From the NCBI GenBank assembly GCA_963706575.1, contig CAVPNL010000012.1:96001-160000 (forward strand): a stretch of 64,000 nt of DNA. The letters run 5' to 3'. Source of the DNA: an uncultured delta proteobacterium (GTDB lineage: Bacteria; Desulfobacterota; Desulfobacteria; Desulfobacterales; JAHEIW01). A program made the translations under genes and the position numbers. The notes below the pieces were generated by a model, which saw only the letters and a program-made list of their open reading frames with translations, was not told where the DNA came from and ran no database searches. Shown one piece after another: positions 1 through 9,512 of the stretch. Within the stretch, counting starts at the first letter, position 1, and each line of letters begins with the position of its first letter.

Positions 1-152
1 GTATTCTTCTAATTTCAGAAGATCTGGATGAAATATTGGCGTTAAGTGACCGGATCGTCGTGTTGTTTGAAGGCGAAATCATGGGAGAGGCCCCGGGAGC
101 AACGGCTTCAAGAGAACAGATCGGTCTTTGGATGAGCGGAGTGAAAGCGTGA
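1..152 (+). CDS. 3' end of sugar/nucleoside-type ABC transporter ATP-binding protein (partial)
   Basis: Manual translation from nt 3: ILLISEDLDEILALSDRIVVLFEGEIMGE...IGLWMSGVKA*, a typical CUT2 ATPase C-terminus. Its TGA overlaps the GTG of the next permease. Confidence 0.9.
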   Translation, partial: ILLISEDLDEILALSDRIVVLFEGEIMGEAPGATASREQIGLWMSGVKA

Positions 153-1210
153 TCCGATTCAGAATCATAAAACGTGAACCGTTGCCGGGCTGGGCAAGAG
201 TCGTTATTCCGATCGCGGCCATTCTCGTGACGCTGATTCTTTCGGCCATTCCGATTCTTTTGGCCGGCGGCCATCTCTGGAAATCTTATTTTTACCTGTT
301 TCACGGCGCACTGGGAACCCGCTACAACCTTTTAGAAACCTTTGTAAAAGCCAGCCCCCTCTTACTGACCGGGTTGGCGGTGGCGTTCGCCTTCAGAGCC
401 AAATTCTGGAATATCGGCGCCGAGGGCCAGCTACTTGCCGGCGCAATGACCGCCACGGTTTTCGGGGTTCATATGGGCAGCTTTCCGGCATTTCTGGTTT
501 TGCCGACAGTCATTATCGCCGGGTTCCTGGCGGGGGGCATCTGGGCTTCGATTCCGGCGCTTTTGAAAACAAAGCTCAAAGTCGATGATGTGGTTTCCAC
601 CCTGCTTTTAAACTATGTGATGGTCCACATCATGGGAGCGCTGCTTTTCGGCCCGCTGCAGCAGCCCGGCTCCAGCTGGCCGCGATCATCGGCAATCATC
701 GAGGCCGCGCAGTATCCCATTCTGGTGGCGCGCTCGCGATTTCATATGGGTATCATTATCTCCTTTGCAGCCGTATTGATCATATGGTTCATTAACAAAA
801 AAACAACCTTCGGGTACCGGTCAAAGGCCGTCGGCACAAATATTTGCGCTGCCCACTTCGGCGGAATCAATACGACTTCCGTAATTCTGTGGACGGCGCT
901 GATCTCCGGCGGCCTGGCGGGTCTGGCAGGCGTCGGCGAGCTGTGCGCGCTTCAGTACCGGCTGATCATGGATATCTCACCCGGCTATGGCTATTCGGGG
1001 ATCGTGATCGCCATGCTGGGCAACCTTCATCCGGTGGGCGTGCTTTTTTCCTCACTCTTTTTCAGTGTCATTATCGTGGGCGCCCAGACCATGAGTCGCA
1101 TGACCGGTGTCCCCACCTACATCGCCGAAGTCATTCAGGGCATGGCATTAATGGTGATGCTTATTTTCCTGCTTTTTACAGAATATAAAATCAGGGTGAA
1201 ACGCAAATAA
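149..1210 (+). CDS. ABC transporter permease (nucleoside/BMP-type, first subunit)
   Basis: Hydrophobic ORF with FWNIGAEGQ, LLLNYV and GYGYSGIVIAMLG motifs. GTG start at 149 inferred from the GTGA overlap. Confidence 0.92.
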   Translation: MIRFRIIKREPLPGWARVVIPIAAILVTLILSAIPILLAGGHLWKSYFYLFHGALGTRYNLLETFVKASPLLLTGLAVAFAFRAKFWNIGAEGQLLAGAMTATVFGVHMGSFPAFLVLPTVIIAGFLAGGIWASIPALLKTKLKVDDVVSTLLLNYVMVHIMGALLFGPLQQPGSSWPRSSAIIEAAQYPILVARSRFHMGIIISFAAVLIIWFINKKTTFGYRSKAVGTNICAAHFGGINTTSVILWTALISGGLAGLAGVGELCALQYRLIMDISPGYGYSGIVIAMLGNLHPVGVLFSSLFFSVIIVGAQTMSRMTGVPTYIAEVIQGMALMVMLIFLLFTEYKIRVKRK

Positions 1211-2157
1211 TGAGTGAAATTTTTGATATCGCATTTATCTCAGGACTCATCGGGGCAACCATGCGAATGGCCACGCCGATCATTTTTGCAACCCTGGGAG
1301 AGATTCTATCCGAACGCGCCGGCGTACTGAATCTGGGGATCGAAGGCATCATGCTGATGGGCGCCATGACCGGGTTTCTGTTCACATTTTCCACGGGTTC
1401 CATCTGGTTTGGCGTGTTCGCCGCCGCCTGCGTGGGCATGCTTTTAGGGCTGCTCATGGCACTGCTTTCCGTGAACCTGGGATTGAGCCAGCATGTTTCG
1501 GGGCTGGGTATTACCCTGTTTGCAACCGGTCTGGCCATGTTCATCTACCGGCTGCATTTTGGCTCCCCGACCGTGCCCCCGATTGTCGAGCCGTTTAAAC
1601 AGATCACGCTTCCCGTGCTTTGCAAGATTCCGCTGATCGGCCAGGCCCTTTTCACGCAATATTCACTGACCTATTTCGCCTGGCTGCTGGTGCCGGCAAT
1701 GTCGATTCTGCTCTACAAAACCAATATCGGATTGAAGATCAGAACGGTGGGAGAGAACCCGGTGGGCGCCGACACGGTGGGCGTAAATGTGACCCTGACC
1801 CGCACCCTGTGTCTGGTGTTCGGCGGCGCCCTTATGGGGATCGGCGGAGCATTTCTGACGCTAGCCCATCAAAACATGTTTCTCATCGATGTGATCGGCG
1901 GCCGCGGCTGGGTTGCCATTGCCATGGTCATTTTCGGAAACTGGGACCCGCTCAAAGGCACCATCGGAGCCCTGATTTTCGGATTCCTGGATGGGCTGCA
2001 GCTCAGGCTGCAAAGCGTGGGGCTGGTTATTCCTTTTCATATTTTCCTGATGATTCCCTATCTTTTAACGATCGTTGCACTGATCGGCGTTTCGCGACGA
2101 GCAGCGGTTCCTGCCGGTCTGCTGAAACCCTATCGCCGGGAGGAGAAAGGCGGGTAA
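1210..2157 (+). CDS. ABC transporter permease (second subunit)
   Basis: ERAGVLNLGIEG, GENP and GRGWVAIA motifs; translationally coupled to the upstream permease. Confidence 0.93.
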   Translation: MSEIFDIAFISGLIGATMRMATPIIFATLGEILSERAGVLNLGIEGIMLMGAMTGFLFTFSTGSIWFGVFAAACVGMLLGLLMALLSVNLGLSQHVSGLGITLFATGLAMFIYRLHFGSPTVPPIVEPFKQITLPVLCKIPLIGQALFTQYSLTYFAWLLVPAMSILLYKTNIGLKIRTVGENPVGADTVGVNVTLTRTLCLVFGGALMGIGGAFLTLAHQNMFLIDVIGGRGWVAIAMVIFGNWDPLKGTIGALIFGFLDGLQLRLQSVGLVIPFHIFLMIPYLLTIVALIGVSRRAAVPAGLLKPYRREEKGG

Positions 2158-2160
2158 GAA

Positions 2161-2341
2161 AAAAGTGCCTAAAATGCCTAAAGTTAAAAAGAGGAATAAA
2201 TCCATTTTATATTCATCCTCACGCAAAGCCGCAAAGACGCAAAGTTTAAGATTTAATCCTTGGTATCTTTGCGCCTTTGCGGCTTTGCGTGAGACTTAAA
2301 ACTTCAGATCATTTTAGCCTTTTCTTAATTTTGAGTACTTT
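2161..2341. repeat. Nested palindromic element: outer AAAGTGMCT-unit arms enclosing a 27-bp-arm inverted repeat (2218-2244/2267-2293)
   Basis: ctcacgcaaagccgcaaagacgcaaag ... ctttgcgcctttgcggctttgcgtgag (26/27 complementary, 22-nt AT-rich loop), inside aaaagtgcctaaaatgcctaaagtt ... aacttcagatcattttagcc...gagtacttt. Confidence 0.85.
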
Positions 2342-2355
2342 TATGAGAGGAAACT

Positions 2356-3630
2356 ATGCTTGATCTTTTGATTCGAAATGTGAACCTACCCGATGGACAA
2401 AAAGGCATTGATATTGCCATTAAAAACGGTTCCATTGTAGAGGTGGGTCCGAAACTCGATATCCAGGCGACTCGGGAGATCGATGCAACCGATCGGCTGG
2501 CAACGCCGCCTTTTGTAGACAGTCACTTTCATCTGGATTCGACGCTGTCCTACGGCCAGCCCCGCGTCAATGAAAGCGGCACGCTGTTAGAGGGTATCGA
2601 ACTGTGGGGAGAGTTGAAACCGCATCTTACGGTTGAAAGTATCAAGGCCCGCGCCATCCATCTCTGCCATTGGGCAATTGCCCGCGGTACTCTGGCGATT
2701 CGCAGTCACGTGGATGTCAGCGATGATCGTCTGTTGGCCGTCAATGCGCTTTTGGAGGTCCGTGAGGAGGTCAAACCATATATCGACCTGCAGCTGGTGG
2801 CCTTTCCGCAGGATGGTTATCTTCGATACCCCGGAAGCGCCGCCAACCTGAAGCGCGCTTTAGATCTGGGCATCGAAGTGGTTGGCGGAATTCCCCATTT
2901 TGAAAGAACAATGGAGCAGGGAACCGCTTCCGTAAAGGCACTGTGCGAAATCGCCGCCGATCGCGGGCTGCGCGTTGACATGCACTGCGACGAAAGTGAC
3001 GATCCCCTGTCCCGCCATATTGAAACCTTGACTTTTCATACGCAACGATTAGGCCTGCAGGACCGTGTCACCGGATCGCACCTGACATCCATGCATTCCA
3101 TGGATAATTACTATGTGAGCAAACTGCTGCCGCTCATGGCAGAGGCCCGCATCCACGTGGTGGCCAACCCCTTAATCAACATTACCCTGCAGGGACGCCA
3201 CGACACCTACCCCATACGACGCGGGATGACGCGGGTAAAAGAACTCATGGCGGCGGGGATCAATGTGGCCTTCGGCCATGATGCCCTGATGGATCCCTGG
3301 TACAGCTTCGGAACTTACGACTTGATTGAGGTGGCCCATATGGGATTGCATGTGGCCCAGATGACCGGCGTTAGCCAGATGCGGCAAATCTTTGAAGCCA
3401 TCACCACCAACGGAGCCAGAGCACTGGGGCTTGAAGGCTATGGACTTGAACCCGGTTGCCACGCAGATATCGTTATCCTGCAGGCCAGAGACCCGCAGGA
3501 AGCCTTGCGATTGAAGCCGGTCAGATTGTATGTGATTCGCCGCGGCAGGGTCATCGCAGAAACAGCGCCGGTGCTCAGTCGGCTGGAAATTGAAGATAAG
3601 ACAATCGAGGTGGATTTTACTTCTGGTTGA
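2356..3630 (+). CDS. codA: Cytosine deaminase (amidohydrolase family)
   Basis: PPFVDSHFHLD, NESGTLLEGI, QLVAFPQDG, MHCDESDD, GSHLTSMHSMDNYY and AFGHDALMDPWY motifs; RBS GAGGA. Confidence 0.9.
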   Translation: MLDLLIRNVNLPDGQKGIDIAIKNGSIVEVGPKLDIQATREIDATDRLATPPFVDSHFHLDSTLSYGQPRVNESGTLLEGIELWGELKPHLTVESIKARAIHLCHWAIARGTLAIRSHVDVSDDRLLAVNALLEVREEVKPYIDLQLVAFPQDGYLRYPGSAANLKRALDLGIEVVGGIPHFERTMEQGTASVKALCEIAADRGLRVDMHCDESDDPLSRHIETLTFHTQRLGLQDRVTGSHLTSMHSMDNYYVSKLLPLMAEARIHVVANPLINITLQGRHDTYPIRRGMTRVKELMAAGINVAFGHDALMDPWYSFGTYDLIEVAHMGLHVAQMTGVSQMRQIFEAITTNGARALGLEGYGLEPGCHADIVILQARDPQEALRLKPVRLYVIRRGRVIAETAPVLSRLEIEDKTIEVDFTSG

Positions 3631-3645
3631 GCGGCTACCGCTCAA

Positions 3646-4641
3646 TCAGGGAGAGAGGTAGCGCCCGACCTGTTTAAAGACATCCGGGTGTGCGCCCTGC
3701 AGCCCGGCGCAGAACTGCTCTGAGCGCACGATCGGACTCCAGAGCGAAAAGTCTTCGCGCTCAAAATCCATCCCCACCACGAGCATATCGCAGAGCGTTT
3801 CCATCAGGTATTCTTCGGGTTTATAAATTGAGTCGCCGATGTCACCCACCCAGCAAAGCGGTGTTCCCTGATAGCGATCCTGCAAGTCCTGGTAGAAGTG
3901 CTGCGTAACGATGGTACGGGGTTGAAGACCCAGGTCGGTGAAAGGCAGTGACACTCCTTGTTCTGCCACTTCAATGAGTGCCCCGTTGAAGACCGGGATA
4001 AGTTCGACGCTGTGATCGCTGCATATCGAGTAGATTCCCTCAAGACCCTCGAGGCTGGCACAAACCGGAAAAAGGAATATTTTCTTGGGTCGGTGATGTC
4101 GCAGTGCCTCCTCGACGAAGTAATTTAATGTCTGGCCCGAAGCGATGCATTCTTCCATGATAATCCAGGTGTCATCCTGCCACCATTCACCCACAAAAGA
4201 ACTCTCCACGATGTTCCAACCGCGAAAACCCGAGTTGTCCTCAACCCGGGTGAGCTTTATATAGGTGGTATCGGGAAGCCCGGACCGCTGAAGGGGAGGA
4301 TTGGCGTCCAGCAGGTCGAGCGGACGTCCGCCCCATAAAATGACAAACTGCGCCACCTTGCCGTCGAACATCCGTTCGAAGAGACGAATCATGTCGTGAC
4401 CCACTTCTTTTATCATCAGAAATTTTTCAGGCCCACAGGCCTGTCGGCTGAGTAGAAATTCCTCCCCTGCTCCCCGGCCGGGAAAATCAACCACGTAAAT
4501 CTTATCAGGCAGGCATCTGTCCCGGAAGGCCTCGTGCCGGGTAATTGCCTTCACAAGCCATATGTCCCTGCCGCCGCGTGACATAACAATTTCACCAACA
4601 TCTTCGAGGAATATACGGCTCGCATCCGTATCCATATTCAT
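3646..4641 (-). CDS. Divergent type I phosphoribosyltransferase, uracil-PRTase-like
   Basis: PRPP-loop-like WIIMEECIASGQTL, plus VILWGG, PVCASLEGL and VGDIGDSIY resembling UPRTase motifs; RBS AGGAG. Confidence 0.6.
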   Translation of the reverse strand: MNMDTDASRIFLEDVGEIVMSRGGRDIWLVKAITRHEAFRDRCLPDKIYVVDFPGRGAGEEFLLSRQACGPEKFLMIKEVGHDMIRLFERMFDGKVAQFVILWGGRPLDLLDANPPLQRSGLPDTTYIKLTRVEDNSGFRGWNIVESSFVGEWWQDDTWIIMEECIASGQTLNYFVEEALRHHRPKKIFLFPVCASLEGLEGIYSICSDHSVELIPVFNGALIEVAEQGVSLPFTDLGLQPRTIVTQHFYQDLQDRYQGTPLCWVGDIGDSIYKPEEYLMETLCDMLVVGMDFEREDFSLWSPIVRSEQFCAGLQGAHPDVFKQVGRYLSP

Positions 4642-4770
4642 AGAGCTTCTCCTTTGGCGGTTATTGCGGTATCAGTGAGGTGGATTGAATATTGCTGGGG
4701 GGGAGTATAAGATAAGGACAAGGATGTGTCAAACTTTGTCGTTCATCTTGCCGGAAAAGGAATGCTGCCC

Positions 4771-4929
4771 ATTTTAATTTCTTGTTCACGCAAAGCCGCT
4801 AAGCCGCAAAGGATTTTAATTTAAACAATAAAAAAACTTTGAGATCTTTGCGACTTTGCGTGAGGCCCAAGCCTTAGTTCACTCTTGTCCGATTAGTATT
4901 TTGGCAGATCAGACACTTTTAGCCCTTGA
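4771..4929. repeat. Composite palindromic element, inverted copy of 12369-12517
   Basis: Arms 4785-4811 and 4837-4864. The reverse complement aligns with 12369-12517 across arms, loop and flanks. Confidence 0.85.
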
Positions 4930-4990
4930 ACCTAACCTGTGATTTTGACATCACTTCAAGTAAATTAATGGGGGTGTAAAATAAAGGCAT

Positions 4991-5031
4991 AAAAAAAGGC
5001 AACCCTTCAAATTATGAAGGGTTGCCCTTTT
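4991..5031 (-). terminator. Intrinsic terminator of the cold-shock gene
   Basis: 12-bp stem ggcaacccttca/tgaagggttgcc, 5-nt loop, T7 tract on the minus strand just after the csp stop. Confidence 0.85.
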
Positions 5032-5048
5032 CAGGTTTAATCAGATTG

Positions 5049-5249
5049 TTAAACGGGTTTTACATTTACAGCATGCGCGCCTTTGGGCCCCTCTTCAATG
5101 TCAAACGTAACCTGATCGCCTTCGTTGAGAGACCTGAATCCTTCTGAATCGATTCCGGTGTGATGTACGAAAACATCCGGACCATCCTCTTGCTCAATAA
5201 AACCATAACCCTTACGATCGTTGAACCATTTCACAACACCATTTGCCAC
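5049..5249 (-). CDS. Cold-shock protein (CspA family)
   Basis: [15 protein letters not shown]...[12 protein letters not shown] motifs, 66 aa. Confidence 0.96.
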   Translation of the reverse strand: MANGVVKWFNDRKGYGFIEQEDGPDVFVHHTGIDSEGFRSLNEGDQVTFDIEEGPKGAHAVNVKPV

Positions 5250-5375
5250 AGTGACACCCCCTTTGTTTCTGTAATTGCCATAGTCCCATACTGCAGGATG
5301 CCACCCTGACGAATGGATCTTTCCTTCAGAATGAAACCCGCCTTCAATTAAGGCAGACCCTTAGTTATCTTTTAA

Positions 5376-5405
5376 ATTATAAATATTTTTTCCCGTCAAA
5401 ATCAA
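5376..5405 (-). promoter_or_regulatory. Putative sigma70 promoter of csp, giving a ~120-nt 5' UTR
   Basis: TTGATT-18-TATAAT on the minus strand. Long leaders are typical of csp genes. Confidence 0.45.
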
Positions 5406-5851
5406 GTAATTTATTTTACGGATCCCTTTTCGGCCCAAGTTTTGGTCTGAAACTAAGGTCGAGCAAACCGGATTCAATCGCATCATGCAAATCAAAGTGA
5501 CGGCCGATTGGGTAAACAGTTACCCATTGCTTGGCTATTTTTTTTCATAACCGCCGGGCGCAAATCTAATGATAAAAACATTAAGACCTTGTAATCATTG
5601 GTATTTTTATTCTGCCTGCATGTTTTGCACGGATATTGCAGCATCGTTCATGTAAATGGACAAGCGAACGAGCCAGTGTTTCCAACCTGGATTCGAATCC
5701 GCTCCCCTGAGGAATTTATTACAAATATCCGCCCTGATGCCCGCCGGCCAGCACTCTGGATTTACAATTTTATTTTAAAATTTCTAAAGGCCAGAAATAG
5801 TTTTTTTGGCGAGTGTCTTGCGTTTTTACCACTTGCGTCCGGACCACTAAA

Positions 5852-6040
5852 ATGAATGAACCGCGTCGCCCCAAGAACGATCAGCATTCAAAACGGCCCC
5901 AAAAATTTTCCCGGGATCATAAATCGGAAAGAAGAAATGGCCGTGATCGCAGAAAAGGGGTTGATCGCAGGAGCGGATTCGACCGCAGGCGGAGCCAGGA
6001 CCGCGAGGCGACGGAACGTAAAAACCTGACCCGGGAGTGA
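5852..6040 (+). CDS. Small Arg-rich protein with tandem ERR/DRR motifs
   Basis: ERRNGRDRRKGVDRRSGFDRRRSQDR with ~6-aa period; shares RRSGFDRRR with 43811-44038. Confidence 0.6.
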   Translation: MNEPRRPKNDQHSKRPQKFSRDHKSERRNGRDRRKGVDRRSGFDRRRSQDREATERKNLTRE

Positions 6041-6122
6041 GACTCAAACATGAAACACACGGATTTTAAATCAAACATTAACAAAAATTATTTAGAACCC
6101 ATCTCAAACAGAAAGGAATAAA

Positions 6123-6563
6123 ATGGTTCAACATATTATCGCCGGCAATCCGATCGAGAACAAATATCAGCACTTAAGAAAAATCGATAACCACCTGAGG
6201 GCTGAAATAAAAATAAGCAGAGACGGCCTTGGATACCAGTTTAAGCTGAGGGAAATCGATGCCGATCAAGGGTGTTTTTTTATCAGCGAAAACTCCGCGA
6301 TCTTAAAAATTCTGGATAGCGGCTCGATTCTGGACATGAAATATTGGACGGCTGACAAAACCAGAACGGTCAAATATGTCACAGCGAAAATAAATGGTAT
6401 TGCCAAACAAAGCCATGAGCCGTTTAAGGGACATTATAAGGTCGGATTATCCATTTTGAAGACGAAAGGCTTGAAACTGGTGAATCCAGTCGCTGGGTTG
6501 TTAAAAACACGGATCGAAGCCGAAGGTCTGGGCAAAGCACAATCAGCGCAGCACGGTCTTTGA
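6123..6563 (+). CDS. Degenerate PilZ-like domain protein
   Basis: YQFKLREID...GCFFISENSAILKIL...LDMKYW...FKGHYKVGLSI resembles deltaproteobacterial stand-alone PilZ barrels; RBS AAAGGA. Confidence 0.55.
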   Translation: MVQHIIAGNPIENKYQHLRKIDNHLRAEIKISRDGLGYQFKLREIDADQGCFFISENSAILKILDSGSILDMKYWTADKTRTVKYVTAKINGIAKQSHEPFKGHYKVGLSILKTKGLKLVNPVAGLLKTRIEAEGLGKAQSAQHGL

Positions 6564-7272
6564 TAACAGGCACAGCTCGCCTTACCCCGGCTGGTGGACT
6601 GTAGCCAAAGGCGAACGAAACAACCGTCCAGCCTACATTTTTTCAAGCTGGACTAAGGGGGGATTGACCATTATTAAACTAATACTCATTGTCGCAATAA
6701 TAGCCACTGTCTATTGCATAGCTGCTGCCGTCATCTGTCTGATCGCCGCTTCTAGAGAAATTGAATTGCCCGATATTGAAGATATCGAGATCGGAGAATA
6801 AGTTCGAATCACCCTACACCGGATGGATCCTGCTCTATCCTTCGGCATATCATCTGCTTTTTCAAATCCAAAAAGACGACCCTCTAACTTCTTGACTCCA
6901 AAATGGGTTTTTTGGTAGATGTTATTCTCCAATGCAACTCAGGAAGTTGAGATGCGAACGGTTTTCCTTTACGTCACCAATATTGCCGTCGTTTTATGTC
7001 TCTGAGTTCAATCACTATGGTGAAATTGTCGTCAAAAAAAAGGATATCGCCAATATCCATATGCGCGGGATTCAATTTAAAACCGACCAGATCATTACCC
7101 AGGATTTAAATCGATTTAAAGGGTCCCTTCAGCAGCCAACTATCCGGATAAAATTAATGGACGGCCAAAATATTGAGGTAACCAAAAATAAAATTAATAC
7201 GATGATGATGCTCACAAATTACCAGCCCGCTTAATACGAATACGGATTGGCACCGCTTATCGAAAGGTTTGA

Positions 7273-7611
7273 GTGGCTATTATGAGAGGTATCGTAAACG
7301 TCATGTCCGGAATCTGCGGTATGATCACAGAAATCCGGGCCACATCGGATGACCAGTCCGGGATGGTCAATCTTCAAATTAATACCAGATGCGAAAGTAT
7401 CCAGAAATTGGCCGGCGATTTAAAGGCTGTAAATCCGACCGAAGAAATCTCTTTTCGCGGGGACGGCCCCAAAACGCTCCGCATGGCGGCGAAGCACTGC
7501 AAGCATACCGCATGTCCTGTGCCTTCAGGTATTGTCAAAGCAGTGGAGGTGGCATCCGGGCTGGCATTGCCGAAAGACGCCAGTATTAAAGTGTCGCTAG
7601 AAAAAGATTAG
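7273..7611 (+). CDS. Conserved Cys-containing hypothetical protein (GICG...C...HTACPVPSG; DUF6951-like)
   Basis: Motif pattern common in small proteins of anaerobes. Confidence 0.7.
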   Translation: MAIMRGIVNVMSGICGMITEIRATSDDQSGMVNLQINTRCESIQKLAGDLKAVNPTEEISFRGDGPKTLRMAAKHCKHTACPVPSGIVKAVEVASGLALPKDASIKVSLEKD

Positions 7612-7614
7612 CAG

Positions 7615-7791
7615 ATGACGTATAATTTTGACCCGGACAGATGGTACGATGACGAACGCGGCATTCTTGAGACCCGTTTTAAAGCAGGAGAGGTGAATCC
7701 GCAGGAATATGAAGACGCCCTTTGCGATTTGGAACGGCGGTATGATGAAATGCTGAAGGGCCTGGACGGAACGTATCAGATTCCCAAATAA
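7615..7791 (+). CDS. Small hypothetical protein, 58 aa, missed by the ORF track
   Basis: MTYNFDPDRWYDDERGILETRFKAGEVNPQEYEDALCDLERRYDEMLKGLDGTYQIPK*; starts 3 nt after the upstream stop. Confidence 0.7.
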   Translation: MTYNFDPDRWYDDERGILETRFKAGEVNPQEYEDALCDLERRYDEMLKGLDGTYQIPK

Positions 7792-7825
7792 GCACCTTTA
7801 TTCGGATTCACCCCGTGACCAGAAC

Positions 7826-8335
7826 TTAAGCCTTTGCGGCTACCCGTTTAACCCTATCATCTGTTTCGAAATCACTTCGCGCTTGCCTGGATTTTCCATT
7901 TGCATGCTTGATGGCTCCAACCGCTTCGACCAGTTGAATCGGCTCCATCTCTTCGTAATCATCATCCTCGGGATCGGTGATGTAATAATCCACCCTATTA
8001 TCCCGATTGCCGAGGATGGAAAAATCCTCTAATTTCTGCAGATACAGGTCATCCGGCGCTTTTGGTACGTTAAACTGATAAGGTGCCCTCAGGGTAACCA
8101 TGTCAGATTCATTTCCCAGTTCATCTACAGCGGTGACACCGAATTCAATTGGCCCGCCATTGGGTTTGAAAGACTTGATATCATCGGGCAAAACAATTTC
8201 AGTAACATTTCCCAGCATCAACCATTGGGACTCATAATTTAATTCACCGTTTTCAGACCAGTATAATTTATATCCAACGACTTGAGGGGAACTGGATGCG
8301 ACCCACTTGAGTCTTCTTCTTTTTATTTTGGCCAT
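7826..8335 (-). CDS. Fibronectin type III-like protein, no signal peptide, acidic tail
   Basis: LKWVAS...VVGYKLYW...FGVTAVDELGNESD; RBS AAGGAG. Confidence 0.7.
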   Translation of the reverse strand: MAKIKRRRLKWVASSSPQVVGYKLYWSENGELNYESQWLMLGNVTEIVLPDDIKSFKPNGGPIEFGVTAVDELGNESDMVTLRAPYQFNVPKAPDDLYLQKLEDFSILGNRDNRVDYYITDPEDDDYEEMEPIQLVEAVGAIKHANGKSRQARSDFETDDRVKRVAAKA

Positions 8336-8577
8336 GCTGTTGCTCCTTATGGACGAATAAAAAGAGGGTTGTCAGCCTGAACATGGATCATGGAGCATGC
8401 CGCCGTTTCATCAGCGTCCCACCCTGATCCAAAGAGTTGAGCGAATGACTTCTTTGATAAGCAAACGAAAAACAAAGCAACGCCTGCCGACAGGCATCAT
8501 CATTCGGGCATGTCAGGGCTGTTGTAACGATCTATCTTTTTGCTCACCGGGCCTGCGGTTCTGTCCTCTGGTTATAT

Positions 8578-9279
8578 TTACCAGGAAGGCTTGTCACCGT
8601 AAACATCATGAGGTTCTGTATAGGAATACGGTTCCGGCGTGATGGGTTCTTCTGCTGTTTCCTCAAGGGTGAGCTCATCACAAAGGCTTTCAATTTCACC
8701 AGCCGCTTTGCTGCTGGGTGCATATTGCATTACCGAAACCCCGGAGGTCATGGCGTCGATATAGGCAACTCTCTGGCACAGTTCGGTGTCCAATAAATCC
8801 ATATCAAATATCGATAACGAATCGCGTGCTTCACGCCCTACCCGGGTTCCCGGTATTTTTCGATTGATCAAGAGTTTGACGTCCAGATCAGGGTTTTCGA
8901 CCTGGGCTTCATCTATCATATCCAATGTTCCCTTGCAGGACCAGATGTCAAGAGAACTGGGGCTCAACGGAATTATCGAAAGGTCCGTTACAGCCAATAT
9001 TGATTTTGTTATGTCACCAATTGCCGGGGGCGCATCAATCACCAAAAAATCGCAATTTTGTGAGAGCTCCTCGATATCGCTCTTTGTAATCGGTTGGGGA
9101 TGATGCACGACTTCAAACGCGTTGTTGCTTTCCACGGCCTGCCAGTGACTGGCGCTGCCCTGAGGGTCTGCATCAATGAACTTGACATCATAATTCCTTC
9201 TTTTCAAACTGGCGGCAATGTTGATCGCAGAAGTGGTTTTCCCGACTCCCCCTTTCTGGTTAACAAAACTAATAATCAT
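8578..9279 (-). CDS. parA: ParA-family ATPase (short, no adjacent parB)
   Basis: NQKGGVGKTT deviant Walker A, IDADPQGS, VIDAPP; RBS AGGAGG. Confidence 0.9.
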   Translation of the reverse strand: MIISFVNQKGGVGKTTSAINIAASLKRRNYDVKFIDADPQGSASHWQAVESNNAFEVVHHPQPITKSDIEELSQNCDFLVIDAPPAIGDITKSILAVTDLSIIPLSPSSLDIWSCKGTLDMIDEAQVENPDLDVKLLINRKIPGTRVGREARDSLSIFDMDLLDTELCQRVAYIDAMTSGVSVMQYAPSSKAAGEIESLCDELTLEETAEEPITPEPYSYTEPHDVYGDKPSW

Positions 9280-9465
9280 CTTGGCCCCTCCTTTCTAACA
9301 TTAAGCTAAGTGTGAAGTGTGGCTTCGCTTATCCGGTCATCATTCACCTTTTACCAACTGAGGCAGTTTCCCCCTTATTAATTTTGAATACCTAAAACTG
9401 CCTCAATTTTGCGATTGAGCTATCGGACTCCCATACACTGCCAGATAGACACTGTCAATAGAAAA

Positions 9466-9512
9466 ACACATTATATAGTATAAATCGAGATTTGTTCATC
9501 AACATATTGTAG
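9466..9512. promoter_or_regulatory. Tandem NrdR-box-like sites
   Basis: acaCATTATATAGtat (9466-9481) and catCAACATATTGtag (9497-9512), starts 31 bp apart, next to a minus-strand TTGACA (9453-9458) upstream of parA. Confidence 0.6.

Noticed and set aside
5626..5642. Sigma54-like TTGCAC-N5-TTGCA here and at ~26003
   Set aside because: Both lack the invariant GG of the -24 element.
5686..5706. ggattcgaatcc resembling a tRNA T-arm
   Set aside because: No acceptor, D or anticodon stems can be built; it is a simple palindrome.
8578..9279. Plasmid or prophage origin implied by parA
   Set aside because: No rep, parB, integrase or phage genes are present, and the flanks are chromosomal-type genes.
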